A stretch of 64,000 bases of DNA from Candidatus Falkowbacteria bacterium (GTDB taxonomy: Bacteria; Patescibacteriota; Patescibacteriia; Patescibacteriales; Patescibacteriaceae), in assembly GCA_026396835.1 (NCBI GenBank), contig JAPLWA010000005.1, positions 7,435 through 71,434 on the forward strand, in the 5' to 3' direction. The notes under the pieces were generated by a model. That model had not been told where the DNA came from. It saw nothing but the letters and a program-made list of their open reading frames with translations, and made no database searches. Positions 36,053-45,481 of the stretch are shown here, one piece after another. Position 1 is the first letter of the stretch, and each line of letters opens with the position of its first letter. Made by a program: the position numbers and the translations under genes.

Positions 36053-37513
36053 ATGAATAAAATATCGTTAATTAGAATAATAATTTTGTCTAGCATTTTA
36101 TTTCTCGGCTCAAGTTTAAACATGGCCGTGGCTAGCGGTTTTGTATTTAACAAAAACCTGGCTTTAGGCAATGTTAATAGTGAAGTCAAGGAGCTGCAAA
36201 AATATCTTAATACCAATGGTTTCATTGTCGCTAAATCTGGTCCTGGCTCTAAAAATAAAGAAACAAACAATTTCGGCCCAGCCACTAAAAATGCTTTGGT
36301 TAAATTTCAAAAAACTAACAAAATTATTCCTAGCAATGGTTACTTTGGTCCTGCTACTAGAAATTTTGTAAACAAAAAATTTAACAAAATAGAATTAAGC
36401 CCAAATACAAACAATTTAATTAAAACACCTGAAGCTAACTTTACTATTAGTGGCGCAGTAACCGGGATTACTCTGCCTATCACCATATTTATAAATAATA
36501 ACGAAGACATAACAATTAACCCAGGAGAAAGTAGTTAGTTTACTCTTAAGAGCAAACTAACTAACAATACAAGCTTTAATATTGAAATTAAGCAAAAATA
36601 CTTGGGACAAAATTGTTATCTAGAAAACAGCACTGGATTAATTAATAACTCAAATATCAATAATCTTAAAATCGCTTGCGGCGTAAATCTTTATTTTAAC
36701 CCTTTTAAATTTACTCTCAGTAATGGCTACGCCGGGCCAGCGCCATTTTCCTGTGGCGACAATCTATCTTACGAAAATGAATCATACCCAACAACTTTAA
36801 TCGGCTCTCAATGCTGGATGGCTAAAAATTTAAACATAGGAACCAAAATAGATAGCAACAACTCTGAGCCCCTATGTCACAACCCCTCAGCGCCCCTCTA
36901 TCTGAATTGGTCGTGCCAAACTGACAATAATTTAATAGAAAAATATTGTTATAGTAATAACAATGCAAATTGTTTAAATAATGGTGGCCTTTATGAATGG
37001 GCGGAAGCCTTGGGTTTGCCATATGACTGTAATAGTGCAGGTTCGGTCAATAACGGCAATGGCACCTACACCATAAGCTGCCCAACTAGTGGTAGTTATA
37101 CTATTGGCAATCAAACACGGGGAATTTGTCCTACCGGTTGGCATATACCAAGTATTAGTGAGTGGCAATCACTAGCCCAGTTAAGCCAATCTAGCTGCGA
37201 AATTAGATGTGACCTTGGCAATATTTGTAGCTGTACTGAAGCAGGAGAAAAGCTAAAAGCAAAAGCTGACCAAACACCTATTGCCTGGGATGGAACCGAT
37301 ATTTACAATTTCACCTTACTACCATCCGGATTTCGCAATGGTGATGGATCATTTTACGACTACGGTAGCTACGCAGTTTTATGGACCTCAGCCCCGTCAT
37401 CAGAAAATGCTGGGCTTGGTATGTTTACCGGGGTTAAATCCACTCTAAAAAATATTAAAACCGACCGCGACGTTAGAACTGATGGACTTTCTGTGCGCTG
37501 CATAAAAGACTAA
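36053..37513 (+). pseudogene. secreted peptidoglycan-binding-domain + FISUMP-domain protein interrupted by one in-frame TAG (36536..36538)
   Basis: ORFs 36053..36538 and 36602..37513 are in the same frame with only one stop between them (...INPGESS*FTLKSKLTNNTSFNIEIKQKYLGQNCY...). Part 1 has a signal peptide and a PG_binding_1-like VKELQKYLN...FGPATKNALVKFQ. Part 2 has IGSQCWMAKNLN...GWHIPS..EW...SVRCIKD. Confidence 0.7.
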
Positions 37514-37615
37514 TTTTAAAATACCTTAGCAAAAAAATCTAATAAAACAGCCCTAAATTGGGGTTATTTTTTTTGGTGATATAATTTAGCTAGATAAACA
37601 TTAACATCTATCTTT

Positions 37616-37984
37616 ATGGATAATAAAAAAATCTTTCTAAATACTGTTTTTTGGGGATTTATTCTTTGGCTCTTTGGCTATGTTCTAGGTTTTGTATTTT
37701 TTGCCCTGGTACCAAAAGAATTACTTGGTTGGTATATCATGCCATTTGGCATAGCTCTAACTCTTTGGGTCTTACTTAAAAAAATTAAAAGAGATTCATT
37801 TACTTGTTATTTTGGCCTAGCTATTATCTGGACAATCATGGCAATAATTCTAGACTATATATTTTTAGTTAAACTTTTAAAAACCGTTGATGGCTATTAT
37901 AAATTAGATGTTTATCTATATTATATAATCACCTTTATTCTACCTATTATTGTTGGTTGGTTTAAGTTTAAAAATAAAAAATAG
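37616..37984 (+). CDS. four-helix membrane protein, unknown function
   Basis: 122 aa, hydrophobic. Confidence 0.5.
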   Translation: MDNKKIFLNTVFWGFILWLFGYVLGFVFFALVPKELLGWYIMPFGIALTLWVLLKKIKRDSFTCYFGLAIIWTIMAIILDYIFLVKLLKTVDGYYKLDVYLYYIITFILPIIVGWFKFKNKK

Positions 37985-37992
37985 ACTACATT

Positions 37993-38531
37993 ATGAAAAT
38001 TGGAGTATTTGGCAGAACTAAAGCTGACAACAAAAAAATAATTAAACTAGCCAAAGAAATTGGCGAGGCCATTGCTTCAATGGCAATATTGTAGTTACCG
38101 GGGGCACCGAAGGCTACCCTCATCTTGTAGCTATGTCAGCTCTTAAAAATAAGGGCAAAGCAGTTTCTTGTGCTACCGGTCTTAAATTAGCTGACCACTT
38201 AAAGTTTCATAAAGTAGACTTGTCAAAATACACAAAAGTTATTTTTCAGAAAAAATATTTTAATAAGAAGTTATTAGTAATCGATAATTATTTACGATCA
38301 TTAGATATGTGCTTAAATGTTGATTGCGCCATAATTATTGGCGGCCGAGTTGGGACAATGTTTGAGGTAACAATACTTAGCGGAATAAGCAAGGATATAT
38401 TTATTTTAAAAGGTAGCGGCGGCATAACTGGCAAAACTATGAAAAATTTTATTAAAGAAGGTCATAAAGAGAGATCTAAAATAAAATATTTTAATAACTC
38501 GAGAGCACTAAAAGAAATGCTAAGTAAATGA
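37993..38531 (+). pseudogene. SLOG/TIGR00725-like (LOG-related Rossmann) protein with a 1-nt frameshift near 38079
   Basis: Frame 1 reads MKIGVFGRTKADNKKIIKLAKEIGEAIAS and then stops at TAG 38092. The next frame continues NGNIVVTGGTEGYPHLVAMSALKNKGKAVS into ORF 38133..38531. One extra A in TCAATGG would restore the frame. Confidence 0.6.
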
Positions 38532-39085
38532 AAATTTTAATTATCGACAACCATAGCGAACATCTTTTAGAGCTAACTAATTGCTTTAGTAATCTTCCAA
38601 AGATAATTAATAAAGAAACCTTTGATAAAGGTTTTGCTATAGAAAATTTTGATTCAATAATTTTGTCAGGCAGTTTTAATATGCCAACAGCTTTGCGTCA
38701 TCCAAATTTTTACAAACAAGAAATTGATTTAATAAAAAATAGTAAAACACCAATTATCGGAATCTGTCTTGGCGCCGAACTTATAATAAAGTCTTTTGAT
38801 GGCAAGCTTGAGGAACTATCTCATAGCTTAGACGGAGAAGTTAAGCTCAATGTCTCAGACAAAAATCTTAAAACAATAATTGAGAGTAATCATATAAAAG
38901 TAATTGAGCATCATAAAATCGGAGCAAAAAATTTACCTAAAGATTTACTTGAATTAGCTAGCTCACCTGATTGCGTAGAAATATTTAAACATGCCTCAAA
39001 ACCAATCATAGGTATTCAATTTCATCCTGAGATTGGTAAACATAAGGAAATTTTTGATTGGGCAATTAAAGAATTAAAAATATGA
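38528..39085 (+). CDS. class I glutamine amidotransferase-like protein
   Basis: IIGICLGAELI (nucleophile Cys) and IGIQFHPE. The start overlaps the upstream stop (ATGA). Confidence 0.75.
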   Translation: MKILIIDNHSEHLLELTNCFSNLPKIINKETFDKGFAIENFDSIILSGSFNMPTALRHPNFYKQEIDLIKNSKTPIIGICLGAELIIKSFDGKLEELSHSLDGEVKLNVSDKNLKTIIESNHIKVIEHHKIGAKNLPKDLLELASSPDCVEIFKHASKPIIGIQFHPEIGKHKEIFDWAIKELKI

Positions 39086-39402
39086 TCAGCTGGATTATCC
39101 CATTATCGCTGCTAATAATTTTTGAAATAGTCGCTGATATTTTTGCTAAAAATTGGTCCTTACAAAGGACAACCTGGATTGCCGTCACTAGTCTAGCTTC
39201 ATATTTAATTGCTAACTCCTTTTGGTTATTTGCTTTAAAAAATGGTTCTGGTCTAGGTCGCGGCGCTATCATATTTTCTGTAGCTACGGCGATCATCGCC
39301 GTCATTCTAGGAATACTATTTTACAAAGAACCAGTTAATAAATTTCAAATAATTGGTTTGGTTTTAGGAGTTATCGCTATAGTTTTATTATTCTGGGAAT
39401 AA
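39082..39402 (+). CDS. SMR/DMT-superfamily small four-helix transporter
   Basis: 106 aa with 4 TM helices and an EmrE/ArnE-like pattern. It overlaps the upstream stop. Confidence 0.6.
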   Translation: MISWIIPLSLLIIFEIVADIFAKNWSLQRTTWIAVTSLASYLIANSFWLFALKNGSGLGRGAIIFSVATAIIAVILGILFYKEPVNKFQIIGLVLGVIAIVLLFWE

Positions 39403-39408
39403 AATATT

Positions 39409-40314
39409 ATGAACTGGATTATATTTGCTTTAGCTGGGCCATTAATTTGGGCGCTAGTTAACCACATCGACAAATTCATTATTACTAAATATTTCCACGG
39501 CAAAGGCATTGGTTCTTTAGTTATGTTCACAGGCCTCTCAGGTTTTGTGGTTTCTATTTTTATAATCGCACTAAAATATAGTTCTATAAATCTCGGCGCT
39601 GCCCCAGCTTTTTTTATTGCTATAAATGGTGCTTTGTTAGTGGCTTCTTTTATTCCCTATTTGCATGCCATGGAAAAAGAAGAGGCTTCAACCGTTTCAA
39701 CACTCTATCAACTGATTCCGGTTTTCGGCTATTTCTTAGGTCTAATATTTTTACATGAACAACTTTCCTTCTGGCAACTTATTGGCTCATCATTAATAAT
39801 TATTGGTGCAGTCAGTATATCTCTAGATTTCTCTTCTAAGATAAGGATTAAATTAAAGCCGCTCCTCTTAATGGCGCTATCATCGCTCATGATTGCCACT
39901 AATGGTTTAGTCTTTAAAATCATTGCTTTAGAAGAAAACTTTTGGGGAACAGCTTTCTGGGAATACATTGGTGGAACTATTTTTGTTTTATTTTTATTTT
40001 TTTGTATACCATTGTATCGCCGTCAATTTGTTGGCATGATTAAAAAAAATAAATCCGTCATTAGTGTAAACTTCTTGGCTGAAATATTAAATATTATTGC
40101 TAAACTATTTGCTAATTTCGCTAGCTTGCTAGCTCCTTTGGTTTTAGTTTGGGTAGTAAATAGCTTCCAGCCATTTTTTGTTTTATTATATGGTCTCATA
40201 CTAACCCTACTGGTGCCTAAGTTCTATAGAGAAAATATCAGTAAAACAATACTTATTCAAAAAGTATCAGCCATTGCTATTATAGTGTTGGGCACTTACT
40301 TCTTATTTAAATAA
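39409..40314 (+). CDS. EamA/DMT family transporter
   Basis: 301 aa with about 10 TM helices in two EamA-like halves. Confidence 0.7.
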   Translation: MNWIIFALAGPLIWALVNHIDKFIITKYFHGKGIGSLVMFTGLSGFVVSIFIIALKYSSINLGAAPAFFIAINGALLVASFIPYLHAMEKEEASTVSTLYQLIPVFGYFLGLIFLHEQLSFWQLIGSSLIIIGAVSISLDFSSKIRIKLKPLLLMALSSLMIATNGLVFKIIALEENFWGTAFWEYIGGTIFVLFLFFCIPLYRRQFVGMIKKNKSVISVNFLAEILNIIAKLFANFASLLAPLVLVWVVNSFQPFFVLLYGLILTLLVPKFYRENISKTILIQKVSAIAIIVLGTYFLFK

Positions 40315-40447
40315 ACAACATAAAAGCCAAAAAAATAGCCTTATTTAAGGCTTTTTTGCTATTGCAAGAAAACTACCACCAGGGACGTAATAAGAGTAGA
40401 AAGGTCGAAAGACTTTCAAAAGATAACTAACTATTAATTATAAATAT

Positions 40448-41272
40448 ATGAAGAAAAATCTAGCTCTTATAATCGCTATTATAACGATTTCCTCTTTAGC
40501 TGGTTTTGGAGTAGTCCAAGCTAAAGGACAAGATAATGATAACTTCAAAGGCAAGGCTCATTCACAAAAAATAAATATTGAAACACCAAAGGATTTTAAT
40601 GAAAACTTTCCAATGGCTTCAAGAGAAGATGAAACTGCACTTAAAAATGAGAGTAACTTAAAAACTGTTATTACTAAGGGTAGCAACATGATTGATATGA
40701 GGCTCAATGCTCTAAATAGAGCTAAGACCTCGATCAACAAATCAAAACTAAGCGCTAATCAAAAAACATCATTAATCGCAATGATTGATGAAAATATTAA
40801 CGGTCTAACTAATTTGAAAACAAAACTAGTAGCTGAAACAGACTTAGCTCTAGCTAAAGCTGACCTAAGTTCAATGTTTACTGACTATCGTATTTATGGA
40901 GTCTTTATGCCAAAGCTAAATGCTCTAAGAATAATCGACATGAACAGTAACAACCTTGATAAAATACAAACTACTACTTTTACTAATTACCAAACTAAGA
41001 TCGACGCTCTTAAAGCCAGTAACGGAGATGCTGCTTTAATCGCAAAGATGGAGGCCGGTCTAGCTAAAGCAAAAACTGATGCTTCAAAAACTAGCAGCCT
41101 TATTAGTTCAACTATGATTAAAGCACAAAACCTAAAGCCAGCTGATTATCCAACACAAAGCAAAACTATATTAAAGGACATTAAAAATAACTTAAAGACA
41201 ATACACAATGACTTTAAGTTGATCAGAACCGATTTAGGAATAAAGGGTAGGGTTAATGTAATGACCAAATAA
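40448..41272 (+). CDS. secreted coiled-coil protein, unknown function
   Basis: Signal peptide, then an alpha-helical A/K/L/T-rich sequence. Confidence 0.5.
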   Translation: MKKNLALIIAIITISSLAGFGVVQAKGQDNDNFKGKAHSQKINIETPKDFNENFPMASREDETALKNESNLKTVITKGSNMIDMRLNALNRAKTSINKSKLSANQKTSLIAMIDENINGLTNLKTKLVAETDLALAKADLSSMFTDYRIYGVFMPKLNALRIIDMNSNNLDKIQTTTFTNYQTKIDALKASNGDAALIAKMEAGLAKAKTDASKTSSLISSTMIKAQNLKPADYPTQSKTILKDIKNNLKTIHNDFKLIRTDLGIKGRVNVMTK

Positions 41273-41282
41273 ATAAAGCCCC

Positions 41283-41319
41283 AACAAAACGCAGCTTACC
41301 CCTCTAGCTGCGTTTTGTT
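41283..41319 (+). terminator. hairpin terminator after the 40448..41272 gene
   Basis: 14-bp stem AACAAAACGCAGCT / AGCTGCGTTTTGTT. Confidence 0.6.
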
Positions 41320-41331
41320 ATACTGAAAGCT

Positions 41332-41925
41332 ATGACTACGGACAACGCAGAAAAACAGAATAATCTACCATCAAACTCTGATGAGATATTGGCTAAGCTT
41401 GCGCTTAAAGACCAGGCAGCCTTTGCTGAGCTAGTTAATCGTTATCAAGCTCCTTTGCGGCGTTATGTCAGTCGTTTAGCCAGATTAGACGAAACAGATA
41501 TTGATGATGTTCTACAAGAAGCCTTTATCAAACTTTATTTAAACTTAAATGACTTTGATCCTAAGTTGAAGTTTTCATCTTGGCTCTATCGTATCGTGCA
41601 TAACGAAACAATTAACCACTTCCGTAAACGCTCGGTTAAATATGAAGTTGGATTAGACATTGAAGGTGATGAAAAATGGAATGAGTTTTGGGAAGATGAA
41701 GGTATTAATAGAATTGACCAAACATTAGCCAATGAAAAAATTCAAGAAACTTTAAACAAGCTATCACCCAACTATCGTGACGTACTAATCCTAAAATATT
41801 TAGAACAAAAAAACTACGATGAAATCTCTGATATCTTACAAAAACCGCCGGGCACCGTAGCCAGCTGGCTCAATCGAGCCAAAACTCAATTCCGCAGCCT
41901 ATACCAAACATATGACCAATCCTAA
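41332..41925 (+). CDS. ECF-type sigma-70 family RNA polymerase sigma factor
   Basis: Region 2: DVLQEAFIKLY...WLYRIVHNETINHFRK. Region 4: YRDVLILKYLEQKNYDEISDILQKPPGTVASWLNRAK. Confidence 0.85.
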   Translation: MTTDNAEKQNNLPSNSDEILAKLALKDQAAFAELVNRYQAPLRRYVSRLARLDETDIDDVLQEAFIKLYLNLNDFDPKLKFSSWLYRIVHNETINHFRKRSVKYEVGLDIEGDEKWNEFWEDEGINRIDQTLANEKIQETLNKLSPNYRDVLILKYLEQKNYDEISDILQKPPGTVASWLNRAKTQFRSLYQTYDQS

Positions 41926-42643
41926 TTTAGCACAATCAATCTTGCACCGCGTGACAGATGATAAGTTAAAACCAAAACCACGCTGGCAATTTATAACAAA
42001 GCAAATATTAATTTGGTTTGGTGTCTTGCTATCTGTCGTGGTTGGCAGCATTTCGAGTTCTATATTATTTTTTCTTATAATAAATAATGACTGGGAGGCT
42101 TATGATTTGGTTACGAAAAATTTAGCTTACTTTATATTATTAACCCTGCCTTATTTTTGGTTAGTCATATTAGCTGGCTTCATCGTACTAGCATACTTTT
42201 ACATGCGAAAAACAAAGCATGGCTATCGCTATAGCTTATTAAGACTATCTATTATCTATCTAGTGCTTTGTTCTATAATCGGCGGCACGGCTTATGCTTA
42301 TGGCGGGAGCGAGGAAATTGATCGTTTATTAACGGTTAATGTTCCGATTTATAAAAAAATTGTTAACCAACAAACTAATCGCTGGTCACAGCCAAAAGCG
42401 GGTTTAATATCCGGCGAATTAAAAAAGGTAGACACTGAGAAAAAGGAGCTAATTTTAGAGGATGCTGATGACAATGTCTGGCGTATTGATTATTCCAAAT
42501 CCAAACTCAATGAAAAAATTAAATTAAATAAAGGTGAAAGAATACGAATTATTGGGGACGAGGAAGACAAAGAAAACTTTAAAGCTAAAGATATTTTAGT
42601 AAATAAACCGACAATTCACAAGCGAAACAAGAAAAAAGACTAG
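41912..42643 (+). CDS. membrane protein overlapping the sigma-factor gene; possible anti-sigma factor
   Basis: 14-nt overlap with the sigma-factor gene. It has multiple TM helices and an extracytoplasmic C-terminus. The call is positional inference only. Confidence 0.4.
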   Translation: MTNPNLAQSILHRVTDDKLKPKPRWQFITKQILIWFGVLLSVVVGSISSSILFFLIINNDWEAYDLVTKNLAYFILLTLPYFWLVILAGFIVLAYFYMRKTKHGYRYSLLRLSIIYLVLCSIIGGTAYAYGGSEEIDRLLTVNVPIYKKIVNQQTNRWSQPKAGLISGELKKVDTEKKELILEDADDNVWRIDYSKSKLNEKIKLNKGERIRIIGDEEDKENFKAKDILVNKPTIHKRNKKKD

Positions 42644-42718
42644 GCGATTAGCCTCCTAATGGCTTAAAAAACCTGGCTATTATATAATAAATAGTATTAT
42701 AGAGACTGACAGAAAATT

Positions 42719-43357
42719 ATGTGGCGAGAGCATAAAGTTTATTGGTTAAAAAAAAGCTTCATTTTTAACGTTGCCTTAAGCATAGTATTTTTAATTATCG
42801 CTTTCTTTATAAATCATTACGCCAATTCATACGTTGCTAACAACGCTAGTAACTATGTTACTGATATTATTTTAGACAACATTCCGGTAATTGATGTTCA
42901 TCTAATTTTTTCCGAAGGAGCTATACTTTTCATAATTGCTCTAATTGCTATTTTTTCGTACGAACCAAAACACCTACCCTTTGCTGTAAAAAGTATTGCG
43001 GTTTTTATTTTAGTGAGATCTTTTTTTATGGTTCTAACTCATCTAGCGCCACCTTTGGGAGAAATTTACATAAACCCGGGTGATCTTATTTCACAAATCA
43101 GCTCGGGCAATGATTTATTTTTTTCGGCTCACACTGGCCTGCCATTTTTAATGGCTTTTATATTTTGGGAGCAAAAGAAATTACGCTATTTTTTCTTTAG
43201 CTGTTCTTTAGTTGGTGGCATTGCGGTATTACTAGGTCATCTACACTATTCGATTGACGTTTTTTCAGCAACCTTCATTGCTTTTGGTATTTTCCACATT
43301 TGTAAAAATATTTTTCCTAAGGATTTTGAGTTAACAATACAAGATCCTAAAATTTAA
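42719..43357 (+). CDS. PAP2_C / sphingomyelin-synthase-like phosphotransferase-fold membrane protein
   Basis: FFSAHTG and GHLHYSIDVFSATFIAFGIFH match the SGHT and HYTxDV motif pair of the SMS/PAP2_C family. Confidence 0.55.
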   Translation: MWREHKVYWLKKSFIFNVALSIVFLIIAFFINHYANSYVANNASNYVTDIILDNIPVIDVHLIFSEGAILFIIALIAIFSYEPKHLPFAVKSIAVFILVRSFFMVLTHLAPPLGEIYINPGDLISQISSGNDLFFSAHTGLPFLMAFIFWEQKKLRYFFFSCSLVGGIAVLLGHLHYSIDVFSATFIAFGIFHICKNIFPKDFELTIQDPKI

Positions 43358-43361
43358 ATTT

Positions 43362-43889
43362 ATGAAAAAATTTTTAAAGAAGTTACTTCACCAGCGAAAT
43401 GTTAATAAAATTAATTTCTGGGAGTTTTTTAGATACTTTATTTTTGCTTTAGCGCTTGAAAGTATCCTAATTTGGTTTTTGGGTCTACACCCTGATTATG
43501 AAGACCTAAGACTAGCCACCATAATTATTTTTGGAATATTGTCATCCTTTGGTATTTTGTTCTTGGCGGTTGAAGTTATCAGAGACATTGATGAATCCAC
43601 CAACATGATCATTGGTTTAATTTCAATTGTTTTTCTATTTGTCGCTTATTTTGCTTTCCAGTATTGGTTTTTATTGGTTACCGAACCGCATAGCTTTACA
43701 GAACTTATTAAACTAGATCCGATAAATCTATTTTTTCACAGCACCATGATATTTTTATTTAACCCTTTAATGTTCCCGGTGACTAAATCGGCTCAATTAC
43801 TTGTCTTAACCAATGCCTTTGGCGGCTTTGTTCTAGTCGCCTTTATCTTACAAAACATTTGGCAGTTTAAGCATAAAATTAATTATTAG
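43362..43889 (+). CDS. polytopic membrane protein, unknown function
   Basis: 175 aa, hydrophobic. Confidence 0.45.
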   Translation: MKKFLKKLLHQRNVNKINFWEFFRYFIFALALESILIWFLGLHPDYEDLRLATIIIFGILSSFGILFLAVEVIRDIDESTNMIIGLISIVFLFVAYFAFQYWFLLVTEPHSFTELIKLDPINLFFHSTMIFLFNPLMFPVTKSAQLLVLTNAFGGFVLVAFILQNIWQFKHKINY

Positions 43890-43902
43890 CCCAAATATGA
43901 TA

Positions 43903-43936
43903 AAAGCCCTGTTGCGCTATTGCAACAGGGCTTTTT
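43903..43936. terminator. bidirectional terminator between convergent genes
   Basis: 13-bp stem AAAGCCCTGTTGC / GCAACAGGGCTTT. Confidence 0.75.
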
Positions 43937-43948
43937 AATTAAAAAAAA

Positions 43949-44620
43949 TTAGGCTATTAACTTGGTTGTAAAAATACCTGATTGATAGAACTTTTCTATC
44001 AAGGTTTTCGCGTCAGGATTAAAATTAATTAATCTTTTTTTCATTTCCTCGCCGCTTAAATCTGCCTGATCTGCAAATTTTTTGTTTGAACGATGAAGAG
44101 CATCATAAAAATCAACCAAAGAAATCAATCGACCATAAAACGGGATCTTAACCTCTGTTCCCCTGCTATAATCATGTAGTCTTGATGGCATTTCTTTAGG
44201 ATATTCATTGGCCTGAAACTTATGATGCCAAATAATTATCTCCGCAGCAAAATCAAAACAGCCTTGAAGCATTTTATAGCCATCTAGTACGTGATCTTTA
44301 ATTGCTTCATAGTCCTTTTCATTGTAAGCCTCGGTTTTTTTCAAGGTATTTGAATTAGTTAGGGCTTTACCAATATCATGCAGCAACCCAGAATAGAGCA
44401 AGGCTTTCTGATCTAGGTGCATAAGCTGACCAATTTCAGCTGCTAATATACCGACCCTGAGGCTGTGCTTATAAGTCTGGATGTCTTTAATTTTTAGCGG
44501 AGCTAAAAAACTAAATATCTCTAACTGTTTTTTCTTCTCAATATTCAAGCGCTTAAAAGCGGAGTCTAAACGTGCAGCCAGAGATGGTGGTTGTGCAAGA
44601 TATTCTTTAAATGTACTCAT
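43949..44620 (-). CDS. HD-domain phosphohydrolase, degenerate HD-GYP-like
   Basis: HSLRV..., GLLHDIGKAL, and WHHKFQANEYP in place of HHExxDGxGYP. Confidence 0.65.
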   Translation of the reverse strand: MSTFKEYLAQPPSLAARLDSAFKRLNIEKKKQLEIFSFLAPLKIKDIQTYKHSLRVGILAAEIGQLMHLDQKALLYSGLLHDIGKALTNSNTLKKTEAYNEKDYEAIKDHVLDGYKMLQGCFDFAAEIIIWHHKFQANEYPKEMPSRLHDYSRGTEVKIPFYGRLISLVDFYDALHRSNKKFADQADLSGEEMKKRLINFNPDAKTLIEKFYQSGIFTTKLIA

Positions 44621-44841
44621 TGTTTATGATTATTTTTATTTGTAATTAAGTTAGTTTTCCCTGGGCTTAAATAGACCAAAGAAAACCAACCTAAAAATTT
44701 AATAAAATAGTATTTTTCAAAGATCTTAATCATAAAAAATATCATTTTTACTACACCTTGTCAACCATTAGCTTAATGGCGCTTAACCCATTAATGGACT
44801 ATACTATAAACACTAAATAACAAGTAAAATAAGAAAATTAT

Positions 44842-45387
44842 ATGAAAAAAATTATACTGCCAGTGCTATTAATGTGCGTTGTGGCAATAAGTGGTTGTTC
44901 ACTTGTCTCGAATTTTGTTGATGAAAAAAAGCAGGAGATTAATAATGTAGCTCAAGAACAAAAGGATAAATTAGTAGAAACAGCTAAAACAAAGCTGGAC
45001 GACATAGCTACGGGGGCAACCATAAATCTTAGTGGTCAGAAATTAACTAAAGTGCCGATGTCGACCTTTGATAAAACAAATACAGAAACGTTGGATTTAT
45101 CAAACAATCAATTGACTGGCGCTTTGCCATCTCAAATCGGCAATCTAAAAAACCTAAAAGTACTTAAAGCGAACAATAACTTAATGACCGGTGTACCAGC
45201 TGAAATTGGCCGACTTACAAATTTGCAAACACTAGATTTATCAAACAACCAACTAACGGGCTTACCTAGCGAATTAGGAAATCTAAAAAATCTTAAAACC
45301 ATGAACCTCGCGGGAAACAAATATTCAGAGCAAGACCTAGCTTTAATAAAACAAAAGCTCACAAGCACCACTTTTATCCTTAAATAA
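44842..45387 (+). CDS. leucine-rich-repeat lipoprotein
   Basis: Lipobox VAISGCS and tandem LRRs (LDLSNNQLTGxLPSxIGNLKNLKxL). Confidence 0.75.
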   Translation: MKKIILPVLLMCVVAISGCSLVSNFVDEKKQEINNVAQEQKDKLVETAKTKLDDIATGATINLSGQKLTKVPMSTFDKTNTETLDLSNNQLTGALPSQIGNLKNLKVLKANNNLMTGVPAEIGRLTNLQTLDLSNNQLTGLPSELGNLKNLKTMNLAGNKYSEQDLALIKQKLTSTTFILK

Positions 45388-45481
45388 GCTCAAAAAAGCA
45401 GTCCTAAAAATCGGGGCTGTTTTTTAATACTAAAAAACTGATGTATAATTAAGAAGTAAAATAACACAAACTAAGCCCATT

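Noticed and set aside
23591-37513. The accessory region as a prophage.
   Set aside because: No capsid, portal, terminase, tail or lysis genes are recognisable. The genes are metabolic or membrane cassettes plus a defence-like pair.
45388-45481. A yybP-ykoY (Mn2+) riboswitch upstream of the TerC/DUF475-like gene, and an M-box upstream of mgtA (47657..47747).
   Set aside because: Both leaders are under 100 nt, are mostly A/T plus the upstream gene's terminator, and lack the conserved GC-rich cores of those riboswitches.
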